Source: a virus
DNA length: 64,000 nt
Virus record (IMG/VR): IMGVR_UViG_3300018018_000001
Location: 64,001 to 128,000 of that record
Strand: one strand, 5' to 3'
Part shown: positions 63,878 through 64,000 of the stretch, piece after piece
Numbering within the stretch: the stretch's first letter is position 1
Layout of the letters: each line of letters begins with the position of its first letter
The notes under the pieces: model-generated
What the model was told of the DNA's origin: nothing
The model's input: only the letters and a program-made list of their open reading frames with translations
Database searches by the model: none
Program-made: the position numbers and the translations under genes

Positions 63878-64000
63878 TCTGTGATAATAAGCTTTGCGGA
63901 AAAATTTTTAAATATAAATATGGACTAGCACACTTTAAAAAAAGTTTATCTCATTGTTGCTCAAGAAAATGTCAAAATACTACTCATGGATTGACAGGAA
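63868..64000 (+). CDS. Probable homing endonuclease N-terminus (3'-partial)
   Basis: AGGAG SD, GTG 63868, CDNKLCGK...CCSRKCQNTTHGL. Confidence 0.55.
   Translation, partial: MEIICDNKLCGKIFKYKYGLAHFKKSLSHCCSRKCQNTTHGLTG

Noticed and set aside
1-64000. Alternative genetic code (stop-codon reassignment)
   Set aside because: Long genes are intact in code 11, and TAA, TAG and TGA all end genes normally. The two in-frame stops found are different codons.
1-64000. CRISPR array
   Set aside because: No regularly spaced repeat-spacer series seen. TTCCCCGC...GCGGGGAT at 29387-29458 and TTCCCCGCACCAG at about 35829-35841 resemble parts of type I-E repeats, but they are isolated, incomplete and explained by GC-rich stems.
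1-64000. Prophage or integrase, IS elements, rRNA
   Set aside because: No recombinase, transposase, att-like host junction or rRNA sequence recognised in this window; lifestyle cannot be settled from the segment alone.

Overview
The window is a 64-kb internal segment of a large, AT-rich (roughly one-third GC by eye) contractile-tailed dsDNA phage with a T4-like tail and baseplate. It has four blocks. (1) 1-23060 (+): neck, sheath, two tube-like genes, tail chaperone, tape measure, baseplate and fibres. (2) 23152-29385 (+): intein-containing metallophosphoesterase, small genes, holin and endolysin. (3) 29462-52509 (-): SLT, intein-containing RNA ligase, overlapping spanins, a 12-gene glycosyltransferase/methyltransferase island and intein-containing class II RNR. 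(4) 52662-64000 (+): early-type small genes, a histone-fold-like ORF, a Ycf46-like AAA ATPase with DUF1257/DUF2997/DUF3150-like genes, tRNA-Tyr, an Imm-like gene and a split DNA methyltransferase. Four inteins and about 13 free-standing homing endonuclease ORFs occupy about 11 kb. The spanins point to a diderm host. The strongest unexplained signal is a set of ten intergenic copies of a flagellar sigma-28 (FliA/SigD)-type promoter, TAAA-N15/16-GCCGATAA, three of them with a shared palindromic operator-like site. Other signals are a second 34-bp promoter-like motif in two inward-facing copies, a probable +1/-2 frameshift in the tail chaperone, and a structured RNA starting at one sigma-28-type promoter. 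All family assignments come from motif recognition by eye; no database search was run.
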